This document shows, piece by piece, positions 44,794-58,592 of a stretch of 64,000 nt of DNA (position 1 is the stretch's first letter; each line of letters starts with the position of its first letter). The DNA is from an uncultured Anaerolineales bacterium (GTDB taxonomy: Bacteria; Chloroflexota; Anaerolineae; Epilineales; Epilineaceae), in assembly GCA_964549495.1 (NCBI GenBank), contig CAZJWJ010000001.1:3020-67019 (forward strand), written 5' to 3'. The notes under the pieces are model-generated. The model had not been told where the DNA came from. It ran no database searches and was given only the letters and a program-made list of their open reading frames with translations. Both the position numbers and the translations under genes were made by a program.

Positions 44794-45630
44794 ATGAGCC
44801 GAGAGCGCCTATACCGTTGCCAGGCGATCGTCCTCAAGCGCCGCGATTACGGCGAGGCCGACCGCATCCTGACGCTCTACACGCGCGAGCAGGGCAAGGT
44901 GGACGCCATCGCCAAGGGCGTGCGGCGCATCACCAGCCGCAAGAGCGGTCACATCGAGCTCTTCACGCGCTCCAACCTGCTCTTGGCCCGCGGCCGCAGC
45001 CTGGACGTGCTCACCCAGGCCGAGACCATCGAGCCCTATGCCGGCCTGCGCGAGGATTTGGTCCGCACCACCTACGCCTACCACATCGCCGAGCTGCTCG
45101 ACCGACTCAGTGAGGATGGCAGCCCCAGTCCGCCCGTCTTCGAGCTGCTCTGCCAGGCCCTGGAGGCCCTTTGCGAAGACGACGATCCCTCGCTGGTGGC
45201 ACGGTACTTCGAGTTGCGTCTCTTGGGACTCTCCGGCTACCGGCCGCAGCTCTTCAACTGCCTGATCTGCGGCGCCTCCCTGGAGGAAGAAGGCAATGCC
45301 TTCAGCCCGGATGCCGGCGGCGTAGCTTGCCCGGTCCATCGCGGCCAGCTGCCGGATGCCATGGCGCTGGATGCGCGCGCCTTCCGCGTGCTGCGCTTTC
45401 TTCAGACCCGCGACTGGGCCCTGGCCCGGCGCATCCGGCTGGAGCCGGCCACCCGCGGTGCGCTCGAGCGGGTGATGCACGCCTACCTGCGCCACATCCT
45501 CGAGCGCGAGCTGCATTCGACGGCCTTCCTGGACAAGCTGCGCGCGGTGGCCTACAGCCTGGATTTGGCGCCTCGCCCGCGCCCTCGCGCTCGAGACCGC
45601 GAAGCGGATTCGGAGAACGTCGGCGAGTAG
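44794..45630 (+). CDS. recO: DNA repair protein RecO
   Basis: The N-terminal OB-fold signature is present (YRCQAIVLKRRDYGEADRILTLYTREQGKVDAIAKGVRR). A Cys zinc motif follows (CLICGASL...ACPVH). Confidence 0.9.
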   Translation: MSRERLYRCQAIVLKRRDYGEADRILTLYTREQGKVDAIAKGVRRITSRKSGHIELFTRSNLLLARGRSLDVLTQAETIEPYAGLREDLVRTTYAYHIAELLDRLSEDGSPSPPVFELLCQALEALCEDDDPSLVARYFELRLLGLSGYRPQLFNCLICGASLEEEGNAFSPDAGGVACPVHRGQLPDAMALDARAFRVLRFLQTRDWALARRIRLEPATRGALERVMHAYLRHILERELHSTAFLDKLRAVAYSLDLAPRPRPRARDREADSENVGE

Positions 45631-45791
45631 TCCCCGATCGGACGGCCAGGGTCTTCCTTGCCAGCGCCGGTCGACCCCGCGGCGGTCGAGATCGCGGACC
45701 CGACGCCCTTTCGGACTCGCCGGCAGGCTGCTTTGCCCTACAATGACCGGCTGCATCGTCCCGATCGCCACGCAACCAGGACCCGAAGACC

Positions 45792-48878
<3,087 letters not shown>

Positions 48879-48951
48879 TCCAGGCTGTAGGCCGGCCGAT
48901 CGCCGATTCGAGATGCTTCCGGCCACCGTCGCATCGCGCGAGGGATCCACG

Positions 48952-49374
48952 ATGTCAGAGAACGACGCTCGACCTCCATCCACTCGGCGACACGCCAGCA
49001 GCGGCTCGCCCTGGGAATCGCAGGTAGGCTACTCCCGCGCGGTCCGGGTCGGCCCCTTCGTCAGCGTCTCCGGGACCACCGCCACCGGGCCCGACGGCGA
49101 GGTGGTCGGTGTGGGCGACGCCTATGCCCAGACCCGCTACGCGCTGGAGATCGTCGGCCGCGCGCTGGCGGAGCTGGGCGCCGGCATCCAGGACGTGGTC
49201 CGCACGCGCATGTTCGTGACCGACATCGAGGACTGGCCGGCCATCGGTCGAGCCCATGAAGAGGTCTTCGGCGACGTGAGGCCGGCGGCGACCATGGTCG
49301 AGGTCCGCCGCCTGATCGACGAGCGGCATCGGGTCGAGATCGAGGTGGACGCGATCGTCGCCTCGGAGTCGTAG
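48952..49374 (+). CDS. RidA/YjgF/RutC-family protein
   Basis: GAGGGA lies 6-7 nt upstream of ATG 48952. The Rid-family pattern is present (YSRAVRVGPFVSVSGTTA...RTRMFVTDI...PAATMVEVRRL...VEIEVDAIV). Confidence 0.8.
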   Translation: MSENDARPPSTRRHASSGSPWESQVGYSRAVRVGPFVSVSGTTATGPDGEVVGVGDAYAQTRYALEIVGRALAELGAGIQDVVRTRMFVTDIEDWPAIGRAHEEVFGDVRPAATMVEVRRLIDERHRVEIEVDAIVASES

Positions 49375-49444
49375 CGGTCGCCGCCGGCGAGCCGGGGCAG
49401 TTCCTTGGCTGCCTGGATCCTCCGACCCTTCGCCGGGGCCCAGC

Positions 49445-51688
49445 CTATGGCACGATGCGGCTCAGGTCCTCCACGGAGAAGCTGACGATGCCGGCCAGCG
49501 CATCGGCGATCCACACCTGGCTCGAGTCGCGCGCCAGGTCCTCGGTGTAGCCGGGCATGCCGCCCAAGGTGGCCAGGCGCCGCGGCTGCCAGGGATCACG
49601 CAGGTCGATGGCATGCAGGCGGCCGGCAGCCGATGCGCCGCCGGCCTCGGCCACCAGGCCCAAGCCCTGGCCGAGCAGGAGGACGTCGGTCGCTCGGGAC
49701 ATGCGCATCGGGAAGGTGCGCAGGGGCTCGGTCGCGGCCAAGTAAGCCAGGCCGTGAACCTCGGAGCGGTAGAGGCTGTGCAGGCGGTCGCCGGCCGGGG
49801 CCCAGACCTGCCGGCCCTCGGCCGCGATACCGGCCGGGCGCCCAGGAGACCGTCCGTCGGTTGGCAGGTCTCGATGTGCGACCAGCCGCAGCCGATCGCC
49901 CGCCAGCTCGTAGATGGACAGACCGCGATCGGTGGACAGGTAGAGCAGCCCCTCGGCCACCGTCAGGCAGATGCCGTCGTGCAGCGCGGGCACGACCCGG
50001 CTCGCGCGCTCTCGGAGCCCCGCGGGATCGGCCAGATCGAAGGCCCGCAGCTGCAGGCCGGAAGGGGTCGCGGCGCCAGCGTACAGGATTCCTGCTTCCG
50101 GATCCACGGCCAAGGACTCGGCCGGCAGCGCCAGCTCCTGACTGTTACGGAGCCGGTCTCCTTCGAAGCGCGCCGCAACCAGGCCCTGGTCGCCACGGGC
50201 GAGGTAAGCCTGCCCATCCAGCGCGACCAGGTCGAGCAGGCCGGGCAGCTCGTAGTGGTCGACGACCCGCGGGGCCTCGCTGCGCGCGATGTCGACCAGG
50301 GCCAACTCCGGAGCAGCGTGGAGCTCCGTCTCCGAGCCCCATCCCGCGGGCGCCGGCTCGCCGGTCATCGCCACCAGGGCGCGATCACCCATCAGGGCCA
50401 GGCGCCGGGCGCGGGTGACCGTTCTCAGATGCCGTGGCGCGGGATCCGCCTCCATGGGACTTGCATCCTCCCGCAGCACCCGGAAGATCCCGCGTGCGGG
50501 CGCGATCGCGAAGATCTCGATGGCGCCGAATCCGCCGATGACGTCGACGCCTTGGTCGCGCGCTCGCGCGGCCAGCGCGTTGACATCCGGCGCGAAGCGG
50601 TCCTCCCACAGCGGATCAAGCGCCGAGGGATCCAACAGATCGTAGCCGAAGCTCGACCCTCCCTCGCCGAGCACGATCAGGCCGGCTCCCCTTGCGAAGA
50701 GTTGGCGCGCGCCGCCGGGGATCGGGATCGTGGCCACATGTCGTACATCGGAAGGCTGGCTCGGGTCGAAGATGTCGACCCCGGAGTCCGTGGCGATCAG
50801 GAGCCCTACATCGACGAGCGCGAGCCCGTGGATCGCGCCTCTGTCGGCGATGCGGACGTTCAGGATCGGAGAGGCCGGGTCGGTCATGTCGTAGCCCAGC
50901 ACCTCGGATCCGGGCTGTCGCGGGTTGCGGACCGTGTAGAGTTGGCCGTAGCCGGCCGCGGGAGTGAGGATCCAGTCCTGGGAGCCTGCCCAAACCCGGC
51001 TGTCCTCGACCACCTGGCTCGCGCCCAGGAAGCGCAGCGGGCCCTTGCCCTCCAAGGCGAAGGTCAGCCCGCCGAAGTAGAGCCGCTCCGCCGAGGCGTC
51101 CAAGGCCAGCGGCAGCGGGAAGCGCGCGTGGGAAGCCAGGACCCGTTCGCGCCCCTCCGCGTCCACCGGCAGCCGGCGCGGATGCGCAGGGTCGGAGACA
51201 TCCATGCGGTACATCTGCGCGTAGACGTCGCGCCCGCAGCATCCCTCGGGCCAGAGGCTGACGAAGAGCTGGTCGCCGGCTAGCACCAAGTCGTGGATGA
51301 ACTGGGCATCGTAGTCGACCCGGGCCAGGATCCTGGCCTCGGCCTCGGAGCTGTCCAGCACGACCACGCCGTTGCCCATGCCCAGGTAGGCATGCCGGCC
51401 GTCCTCGTCCAACCGCAGCGGGCCCAGCCGCCCGCCGACGCGGCCGGTCGGGGACACGGTCACCTCGGGGTCGACCCGAGCCTGCGCCGAACGCAGATCG
51501 TCCGCCGGCCGGCCGGGAAGGGCCTGCAGCGGCGGTGGGTCTTCGGGGCCGCTCGCGCCGGACTGGGCGCTGACGGTGACGGTGACGGACCCGAGCAAGA
51601 TGGCCAGCAAGCTGGTCGCACCGGCCAGCCATGCTACGCGGCCCGCGCCGAGGTACTTCGATTCGACCGATCTACGATCCATGATCAA
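49445..51688 (-). CDS. Secreted LVIVD-repeat-like beta-propeller protein
   Basis: Signal peptide (VAWLAGATSLLAILLGSVTVTVSAQS). It has repeated ...D(V/L)SDPxxPxxL... units (MDVSDPAHPRRL, FDPSQPSDVRHV, IDLRDPWQPRRL), typical of LVIVD propellers. Confidence 0.6.
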   Translation of the reverse strand: MIMDRRSVESKYLGAGRVAWLAGATSLLAILLGSVTVTVSAQSGASGPEDPPPLQALPGRPADDLRSAQARVDPEVTVSPTGRVGGRLGPLRLDEDGRHAYLGMGNGVVVLDSSEAEARILARVDYDAQFIHDLVLAGDQLFVSLWPEGCCGRDVYAQMYRMDVSDPAHPRRLPVDAEGRERVLASHARFPLPLALDASAERLYFGGLTFALEGKGPLRFLGASQVVEDSRVWAGSQDWILTPAAGYGQLYTVRNPRQPGSEVLGYDMTDPASPILNVRIADRGAIHGLALVDVGLLIATDSGVDIFDPSQPSDVRHVATIPIPGGARQLFARGAGLIVLGEGGSSFGYDLLDPSALDPLWEDRFAPDVNALAARARDQGVDVIGGFGAIEIFAIAPARGIFRVLREDASPMEADPAPRHLRTVTRARRLALMGDRALVAMTGEPAPAGWGSETELHAAPELALVDIARSEAPRVVDHYELPGLLDLVALDGQAYLARGDQGLVAARFEGDRLRNSQELALPAESLAVDPEAGILYAGAATPSGLQLRAFDLADPAGLRERASRVVPALHDGICLTVAEGLLYLSTDRGLSIYELAGDRLRLVAHRDLPTDGRSPGRPAGIAAEGRQVWAPAGDRLHSLYRSEVHGLAYLAATEPLRTFPMRMSRATDVLLLGQGLGLVAEAGGASAAGRLHAIDLRDPWQPRRLATLGGMPGYTEDLARDSSQVWIADALAGIVSFSVEDLSRIVP

Positions 51689-51832
51689 GGTCTCCTGGAG
51701 GGCTGGATGCAGGTCCTGAACGGTGGACCCTCCGGTACGAGACGGATCGTTCGCGGAATCGCTTTCACGTGCCGGGACCTTGCGAAGCTGCGCGTCGAGA
51801 GCGTGCGCGTCGGATCCCGCGCGAGGCGATCC

Positions 51833-52617
<785 letters not shown>

Positions 52618-52621
<4 letters not shown>

Positions 52622-53871
52622 GGCAGGAACTGGTTGGTGAAGGCCGCCTCAGGGTCGATGGGCGCCGGCAGGATGCCCTCGCTGGCCATCCAATCGGAGT
52701 AGGCATCCCAGACCTCGGCCTGCTGCTCGCCCCAACGCGGCGCATCGGCCTGGTAGCGCGGCGAGAGCCAGGTCTGGCTGTCCAGCACCAGGCCCAGCTC
52801 CAGCTCCGGCACCGCCTCGGTCAGGATGGCCGCTGCGTCCAGCGGCCGCTCGATGGCGAACCGATAGCCTCGCGACACCGCGCCCACGAAGGCCGCCGCC
52901 ACATCCGGCCGCTCCTCGACCGTCTCCTCGCTGGCCACCAGGATGGGCGTGTAGTAGTCGGGGATGCAGTCGAAGTGGTCGTCCAGCATGATCACGTCCA
53001 GCTCGATGTCCTGCCGCTCCGCCTGCTCGCCCTGCCAGCCCTGGAAGATCCAGGCCAGATCGATCTGCTCTTCGCCCAAGAGCGCCAGCGGGTCGGAGAG
53101 CCCCACGTTGATCTCCTCGACCGAGGCGATGGCCTCCTCGTCGGCGCCGGCGCAGCGCATCAGGGCCCGGATGGTCGGCATCTCGAAGGGCGTACCGAAG
53201 GTGCCGTAGCGCAGGCCGGCAAAGTCGGCCGCCGTCTCCACGCCCAGGTCGGCGCGGCTGGCAAAGCCGGAGGTGTTGTGCTGGATGATCGCCGCCAGCG
53301 AAACCAAGGGCACCTCGTCGGCCCGGGCCAGGGTCAGCGACTCCTGGAAGCTGATGCCGAAGTCGGCCGTGCCGGCCGCCACCGCCTGCTCGGCCATCAC
53401 CTCGCCCGGCTGGACGATGTCCACCTCTAGCCCCGCATCCTCGAAGTAGCCCTCGGCCTGGGCCACGAAGATGCCCGTGTGGTTGGTGTTGGGCACCCAA
53501 TCGAGCATCAGGGTCACGGGGAGCAGATCCCCGTCCGCGGTCTCGACCCGAGCGACGTCCGCGTCACCGCCCGACTCCGCATCGGCATCCTCGTCGTCCG
53601 TCGACGCGGCATTCCCGTCCATCTCGCCACGCGCCTCGGCATCCTCCTCATCGGTCTCGGCAGCGCTGGACTCGTCCTCGTCCATGCCGGCCTCGGCTGT
53701 GCCCGCCGCATCGCCATCGTCCGCATCGCCGGCCTGCATCGCGGCGGTCTCGGTCTGTTCCTCGCCGATGGGCGTGTTGGGCGGCGTGCAGGCGGCCATG
53801 CCCCAGAGCAGCAGGCAAAGCAGCGGCAGCAGGAAGAAGCTTCGGGTTCGGGATGGGAATCGCGGGTTCAT
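52618..53871 (-). CDS. ABC substrate-binding lipoprotein, NMT1/THI5-like (ThiY-like, pyrimidine-precursor type) with an acidic low-complexity linker
   Basis: Lipobox LLWGMAAC. An ~85-aa Asp/Glu/Ala-rich linker follows. Then comes the NMT1/THI5 pattern LMLDWVPNTNHTGIFVAQAEGYFEDAGLEV. Confidence 0.8.
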
Positions 53872-53899
53872 CGATGATCTCCTCGGTGATTCAGCCGCG

Positions 53900-54823
53900 C
53901 TAATGGGCTTCGCGCGGCGCGGATTGCCAGGGCATGGCCAGCCGCTCGAGGGCGGCGACCACGAGGAAGAGGGCCACGCTGGTCAGGCTGGTCAGGAGCA
54001 TGGCCGCGAAGACCTGGTCGGTGGCCAGGGCGTTCTTGCTGCGCAAGAGGTAGAGGCCGAGGCCGGTCGATCCGCCTACCCATTCGCCGATGGTGGCGCC
54101 GATGACGCTGTAGGTCACCGCGATCTTGAGCCCCGAGAAGAAGGCCGGCAGCGCGGCCGGCAGCCGCAACATGCGCCAGATCTGGGCCTTGGAGGCGCCC
54201 ATCGAGCGCAGCAGCGCGACGCGTTCCGGATCGGTGGCCGCCAGACCATCGGCCGTGCTCACCGCCAACGGAAAGAAGCAGACCAAGACCACGATGGCGA
54301 TGGTCGGCCGCATGCCGAAGCCCAGCCAGATGACGAGCAGCGGCGCGATGGCCAGGATCTGCACCGTCTGCGAGACCACCAAGAGCGGGTAGAGCGCCCG
54401 CCGGGCCCAGGCCGAGGCCTCGATCAGCGCTGCCAGGACCAGGCCGAGCAGCAAGGCCAGTCCCAAACCGGCGGCCGTGGCCAGCAGCGTGGCGCGCAGG
54501 GATTCCAAGAGCAGCGCCCGCGTTTCGATCGCCGCGCCGAGCACCCGAGAGGGCGAGGGCAGGATGAAGGCCGCCAGTCCGGTCACCGCGCTCAGCAGCT
54601 GCCAGCAGAGCAGCAAGCCGGCCAAGACCGCCAGCGGCGGCCAGGTCGCGCGCCAGAGATCGCTTCGAGTCCCGGGTCGGTCCGAGGTGGGCGTGGCGAC
54701 GCCGGACGTCGCGCTGCCGAGCGGCGATCCGGCACCTGCAGGCGACCCACCGCCAGTGGGCGAATCGGGATCGTCCGGCAAGCCAGGTTCAGCCGGCATC
54801 GGCATCCGCGGCCGGCGCCGCAA
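53900..54823 (-). CDS. ABC transporter permease (ThiX/TauC/SsuC-like)
   Basis: Six predicted TM helices and an EAA-loop-like segment (LLRSMGASKAQIWRMLRLPAALP). The true start is probably an internal Met (54805 or 54799). The N-terminus is Pro/Gly-rich. Confidence 0.8.
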   Translation of the reverse strand: MRRRPRMPMPAEPGLPDDPDSPTGGGSPAGAGSPLGSATSGVATPTSDRPGTRSDLWRATWPPLAVLAGLLLCWQLLSAVTGLAAFILPSPSRVLGAAIETRALLLESLRATLLATAAGLGLALLLGLVLAALIEASAWARRALYPLLVVSQTVQILAIAPLLVIWLGFGMRPTIAIVVLVCFFPLAVSTADGLAATDPERVALLRSMGASKAQIWRMLRLPAALPAFFSGLKIAVTYSVIGATIGEWVGGSTGLGLYLLRSKNALATDQVFAAMLLTSLTSVALFLVVAALERLAMPWQSAPREAH

Positions 54824-55166
54824 CGCCAGCCTCCCGGTACTTGGCCAGGCGTGCGTCCAGGCTGGTACCCCCCGCGTCGTCGGCGATCTCGATCAGGGTG
54901 ATGGTCCGGCCAGCGCCGGCCTCCATGCAGGCCAGGTGGGCTGCGCGCGCCGCCTCGAGCAGCCTGTCCAGCGGTCCCTCCATCACGGTCTGCAAGGGCC
55001 CGACCTCGTAGCGCACCCCATGGCGCGCGATGGCCTCGATGGCCCGGTCGACCACCGGATGGCCGTCCTCGACCATCGGGATGACCTGCACGGAGACGTT
55101 GACCGCGCGTTGGGGATCGAGTCGCGCGGGCTCGGGATCTGTGGCTTCGTCGGCTGGCTTGGGCAT
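54789..55166 (-). CDS. MTH1187/YkoF-family (thiamine/HMP-binding, DUF77) protein
   Basis: GGGAGG lies 6 nt upstream of ATG 55166. The family pattern is present (VSVQVIPMVEDG...VDRAIEAIARHGVRYEVGPLQTVMEG...RTITLIEI). Confidence 0.75.
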   Translation of the reverse strand: MPKPADEATDPEPARLDPQRAVNVSVQVIPMVEDGHPVVDRAIEAIARHGVRYEVGPLQTVMEGPLDRLLEAARAAHLACMEAGAGRTITLIEIADDAGGTSLDARLAKYREAGVAAPAADADAG

Positions 55167-55240
55167 CTGCGACCTCCCGTCGATGCTGGTGCGCCACCGC
55201 TGTGAATCTCGGGGTTCGTGGCTCCCCGGGATCGGCCCGG

Positions 55241-55281
55241 GAAAACAAGACGCCACCTCCCCTGGCCGGCGGGAAGTGGCG
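55241..55281 (-). terminator. Intrinsic terminator of the TPP riboswitch expression platform
   Basis: The minus-strand RNA reads CGCCACUUCC-(11-nt loop)-GGAGGUGGCG followed by UCUUGUUUUC. It lies between the aptamer and the ykoF-like start. Confidence 0.7.
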
Positions 55282-55309
55282 CATGGACTGCCCGATGGCA
55301 GACGCTGCG

Positions 55310-55418
55310 CTATGGCTCCCTACGCCGGCATGACCCGGATCAGGTTCCTAGGGTCGGCGCCGCCGGCCGTGGCCGCGGGCACCCTCTCAGCCCGGCTGTC
55401 CCGGGCTCCCCTGTTGGC
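55310..55418 (-). promoter_or_regulatory. TPP (THI-box) riboswitch aptamer
   Basis: The minus-strand RNA reads CAGGGGAGCCCGGGACAGCCGGGCUGAGAGGGUGCCC...GACCCUAGGAACCUGAUCCGGGUCAUGCCGGCGUAGGGAGCC. It contains the conserved GGGG(A/U)GC, CUGAGA, ACCUGAUC(C/U)GG and AUGCC(G/A)GCGUAGGGA elements in the correct order. Confidence 0.88.
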
Positions 55419-55524
55419 TGTCGTCGTCGCGGGTTTCCCCGCCGGCGACGCGTGGTAGTATAGGCCATCGCCCGCGGCGCCGACAAGCGCCTCGGGCCTC
55501 GGCATCCACCCCGGGAGACCCTCC

Positions 55525-56415
55525 ATGCCCCACGCTTCGATCCGCCGCCGCGCCCTGCCGGCCTTGCTAGCCCTGCTCTGTCTGGGCCTCTTGGCCTCGC
55601 TCGCCCCTGCCCCCAGTGCCACGGCCTCGCCGGCCGGCCAGCCCGCGGGCGAAGCCGCCGTGCAGGCCCAGGCCATGCTGGAGCGGGTGAACCAGGCGCG
55701 GCGCGAGGCCGGCCTGCCGGTCTACCGCGCCAACGCCCTCCTGGCACGGGCCGCCCAGGGCCACGCCGAGGAGATCGCCACCCACGAGAACTTCTCGCAT
55801 ACCGGCCTGGACGGGCGCAATGCCGAGCAGCGGGTGATCGACGCGGGCTATGGCGCCGGCCGCGCCGGCCTGCGCGTGGGCGAGAACTTCGTCGGCCGCG
55901 CCAGCGTGGACGAGGCCTTCGGCTGGCTGATGTCGGACCCGCCGCACCGCGCGAACATCGTCGACCCGGACTACCGCGAGATCGGCATCGGCGTCGGCAC
56001 CATCCGCTGGGGCTTCATCTGGGTGATGGACCTGGGCACCTACGACGGCATCGAGGAGGTCCTGGCCCAACCCCAGCCGACGCCCAGCCCCGAGCCCGAG
56101 CCGACCGCGGAGCCCACCGAGCCGGCCGCGCCCGAGGAACCGGAGGAGCCCACCGTCGCCGCCGATCCGGCAGCTACCGATCCGGCCGGCCAGCCGGGCC
56201 TACAGCCCGAGGTTACCGAGACCTTGCCACCGGCCTGGACCATCGAGCCCGATCCGGTCGAGACGCCGGGCGAACCGCCGGAAGCCACCGAGTCGCCGGA
56301 CTCGCCGGACGAGGGTCGTGGCGCCAGCCCATGGCTGCGAGTGGTCATCGGCATGCTCCTGGCCCTGGCCATCCTGATGGGCGCCAGCCTGCTGGCCAGC
56401 CGGTCGACGGAATGA
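55525..56415 (+). CDS. CAP/SCP/PR1-like (YkwD-type) domain protein with a Pro-rich stalk and a C-terminal TM anchor
   Basis: Signal peptide, then the CAP pattern (NQARREAGLPVYRANALLARAAQGHAEEIATHENFSHTG...GENF...). A Pro/Glu/Thr-rich segment and a terminal hydrophobic helix follow (VVIGMLLALAILMGASLLA). Confidence 0.8.
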   Translation: MPHASIRRRALPALLALLCLGLLASLAPAPSATASPAGQPAGEAAVQAQAMLERVNQARREAGLPVYRANALLARAAQGHAEEIATHENFSHTGLDGRNAEQRVIDAGYGAGRAGLRVGENFVGRASVDEAFGWLMSDPPHRANIVDPDYREIGIGVGTIRWGFIWVMDLGTYDGIEEVLAQPQPTPSPEPEPTAEPTEPAAPEEPEEPTVAADPAATDPAGQPGLQPEVTETLPPAWTIEPDPVETPGEPPEATESPDSPDEGRGASPWLRVVIGMLLALAILMGASLLASRSTE

Positions 56416-56483
56416 TGTCCCGCCAACCGGCGACGCTTCGACCTCTGAATCGTGGATCCTCCTCCCGGGAGAGCCGACCGTAG

Positions 56484-58592
56484 ATGGACCTGAGTACCCC
56501 GGCCGCGCTGGGGCTGGGGCTGCTGGCCCTGCTCATCCTGGCCCTGCATTGGCTTCGCCCCCGCCAACGCTCGCGCCCGGTGGCCAGCGTCACCATCTGG
56601 CGCCAGCTGGCTGCCGAGGCCGCGGCTGGCCGCCTGGCCCGCGGCCGCCGGCCTGCTTCCAGCCCGCTCCTGTGGCTACAGCTCTTGGCCCTGGCAGCCC
56701 TGGTGCTGGCCTTGGCCCGCCCCTGGCGCGAGGCCCCGGTGGCGGTGGCCCCGCAGCTGATCCTGCTGCTCGATCGCTCGCTGAGCATGGCGGCCGAGGA
56801 CGCGGTCGGCGAGGGCTTCGACATCGCGGCGGGCGGTGACGCGGATTCGTCCCTCGACTGGCTCCCCGGCCGCGCGGCGTCCCGCTTCGACGACGCCCGC
56901 GCGGCCCTCTTACGGCGGGCTCGGGCCGCCGAAGGCTCGCGCCTGAGCCTGATCGCCTTCGACCAGCGCGCGGAGCTCTTGGTGGTCGGCAGCCAGGATC
57001 CGGACGCCATCGCGGCCGCCTTGGACGATCTGGAGATCCGCGCCCGGCCCGGCCAGGCAGGCGATGCGCTGCTCTTGGCCGACTCCCTGGCCCGGAGTGC
57101 CGCCGGCGCGCGGGTGGTCCTCTTCTCCGATGGCAACTTCAGCTTGGAGGGCGCGCCACCAGTCGACCTGGCCGTCGAGCTGGTCCGATTCGGTGGCAGC
57201 GACGACAACCAATCCCTGGCCGCCCTCGACCTCGATCCGGAGCGCGGCGAGCTCTTCTTGCGCGTGACCAATGCGGCGGGCCGGAGCGTCACGCGCCGCG
57301 TCGAGACCCGCGTCGACGGCGCGCTCCTGGATGCCCGCGACCTGCGCCTGCCGGCCGGCGGCCAGGCCAGCGCACGTCTGAGCCTGCCGGCTGGGGCGAA
57401 GCAGGTCGAGGCGCAGCTGACCGGAAGCGACGCCCTCCCGCTGGACGATCGCGCCTGGGCCCTCGCCGAGTCCCGGACGCGCGTCCGCGTGGGACTGAGC
57501 GGCCCCGGCTTTCGCGCCCTCGAGACGGCACTGGACCTGATGCCCGAGGTCGCCAGCTGGGCCCGGGTCGACGAGCCGCCCTACGACACCGCCGAGGGCC
57601 CGGCCGAGCTGCTGATCCTCGACGGCCAGGTACCCGATGGCGTGGATCGGCCCGCGCTGCTCCTCGCCCCGCCGGCCGATCTGGGCCAGGGCATCGAGCG
57701 CGTCACCGTCCAGGGACGGCTCGAGCGGCCCGCCCCGCGCACGCTCGATGCGGGTCAGCATCTCTTGGCCGGCACGGCCTTCGAGACCGTCATCATCGAG
57801 CGCGCCCTGGCGCTGGAGCTGGGCGCGGCCTGGACGCCGCTGGTGGTGGCCGAGGTGGAGGATCGTACCTGGCCCTTGATGGCCGAGGGCCGGCTCGATG
57901 GCCGGCCGGTCCTGCTGCTGGCCTTCGACCCGCGCGACAGCGACCTGCCCCTCCGACCGGCCTTTCCCCTCTGGCTGGCGGCGGCCGTCGAGCATCTGAC
58001 GCCCGTCGCGCCGGGTCACCTGCCGGCGCGACTCACCCCTGGCGAGCCGCTACGCCTCGATCTCGCTTCGGCCTCGGCGGCCGAAGGTCTGCGCCTGATC
58101 GATCCTGCCGGCGACCGCCACGCTCCGGCCGTCGAGGGTGGCCGCGCGGTCTTCGACCAAACCTGGCAGCCGGGTATCTATCGGCTCGAGGGCATCGGTG
58201 CGGACACCGTGGAAGACGAAGGCCGGGCGGCCGGGATCTCCGGCGACGAATCCGAGCCGGGGCCGGTCGCCCAGACCGCCTCCGAGCCCGAGCGCTTCGT
58301 CGTATCGCTGGCCGATGGCGGTGTGCGCTCGATCCGGCCGCGCGATCTGCCGCCGGAGATCCCGGCCGCACCGACGTTCGCGGAAGCCGAGACAGGCAGC
58401 CCAGAGGACGCTTCGGTCCCCGCGGCCAATGTGCGGCGTGGCCGGCTTCCGCTCTGGCCATCCCTGGCCTGGGCCGCCGTGGTGCTGCTCCTGATCGAGT
58501 GGGCGTGGGATCATCGGCGGGCACTGCCGTGGCCGCCGGCCATCGCCGGACGACGGGACGCACGCGCCCCCGGACCGAGAGGCGGGCGGTGA
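56484..58592 (+). CDS. BatA-like membrane protein: N-terminal double-TM domain plus vWA domain
   Basis: N-terminal LGLGLLALLILALHWLRPRQR then a second TM. vWA MIDAS motif LLLDRSLSM. C-terminal TM helix (LWPSLAWAAVVLLLIEW). Confidence 0.7.
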   Translation: MDLSTPAALGLGLLALLILALHWLRPRQRSRPVASVTIWRQLAAEAAAGRLARGRRPASSPLLWLQLLALAALVLALARPWREAPVAVAPQLILLLDRSLSMAAEDAVGEGFDIAAGGDADSSLDWLPGRAASRFDDARAALLRRARAAEGSRLSLIAFDQRAELLVVGSQDPDAIAAALDDLEIRARPGQAGDALLLADSLARSAAGARVVLFSDGNFSLEGAPPVDLAVELVRFGGSDDNQSLAALDLDPERGELFLRVTNAAGRSVTRRVETRVDGALLDARDLRLPAGGQASARLSLPAGAKQVEAQLTGSDALPLDDRAWALAESRTRVRVGLSGPGFRALETALDLMPEVASWARVDEPPYDTAEGPAELLILDGQVPDGVDRPALLLAPPADLGQGIERVTVQGRLERPAPRTLDAGQHLLAGTAFETVIIERALALELGAAWTPLVVAEVEDRTWPLMAEGRLDGRPVLLLAFDPRDSDLPLRPAFPLWLAAAVEHLTPVAPGHLPARLTPGEPLRLDLASASAAEGLRLIDPAGDRHAPAVEGGRAVFDQTWQPGIYRLEGIGADTVEDEGRAAGISGDESEPGPVAQTASEPERFVVSLADGGVRSIRPRDLPPEIPAAPTFAEAETGSPEDASVPAANVRRGRLPLWPSLAWAAVVLLLIEWAWDHRRALPWPPAIAGRRDARAPGPRGGR

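Noticed and set aside
49613-51283. 556-aa plus-strand ORF
   Set aside because: It is antisense to the LVIVD propeller gene, which has a signal peptide and repeat structure.
55320-55747. Minus-strand ORFs 55320..55676 and 55340..55747 overlapping the riboswitch
   Set aside because: They have shadow composition. The region is explained by the TPP aptamer and by the start of the CAP-domain gene on the other strand.
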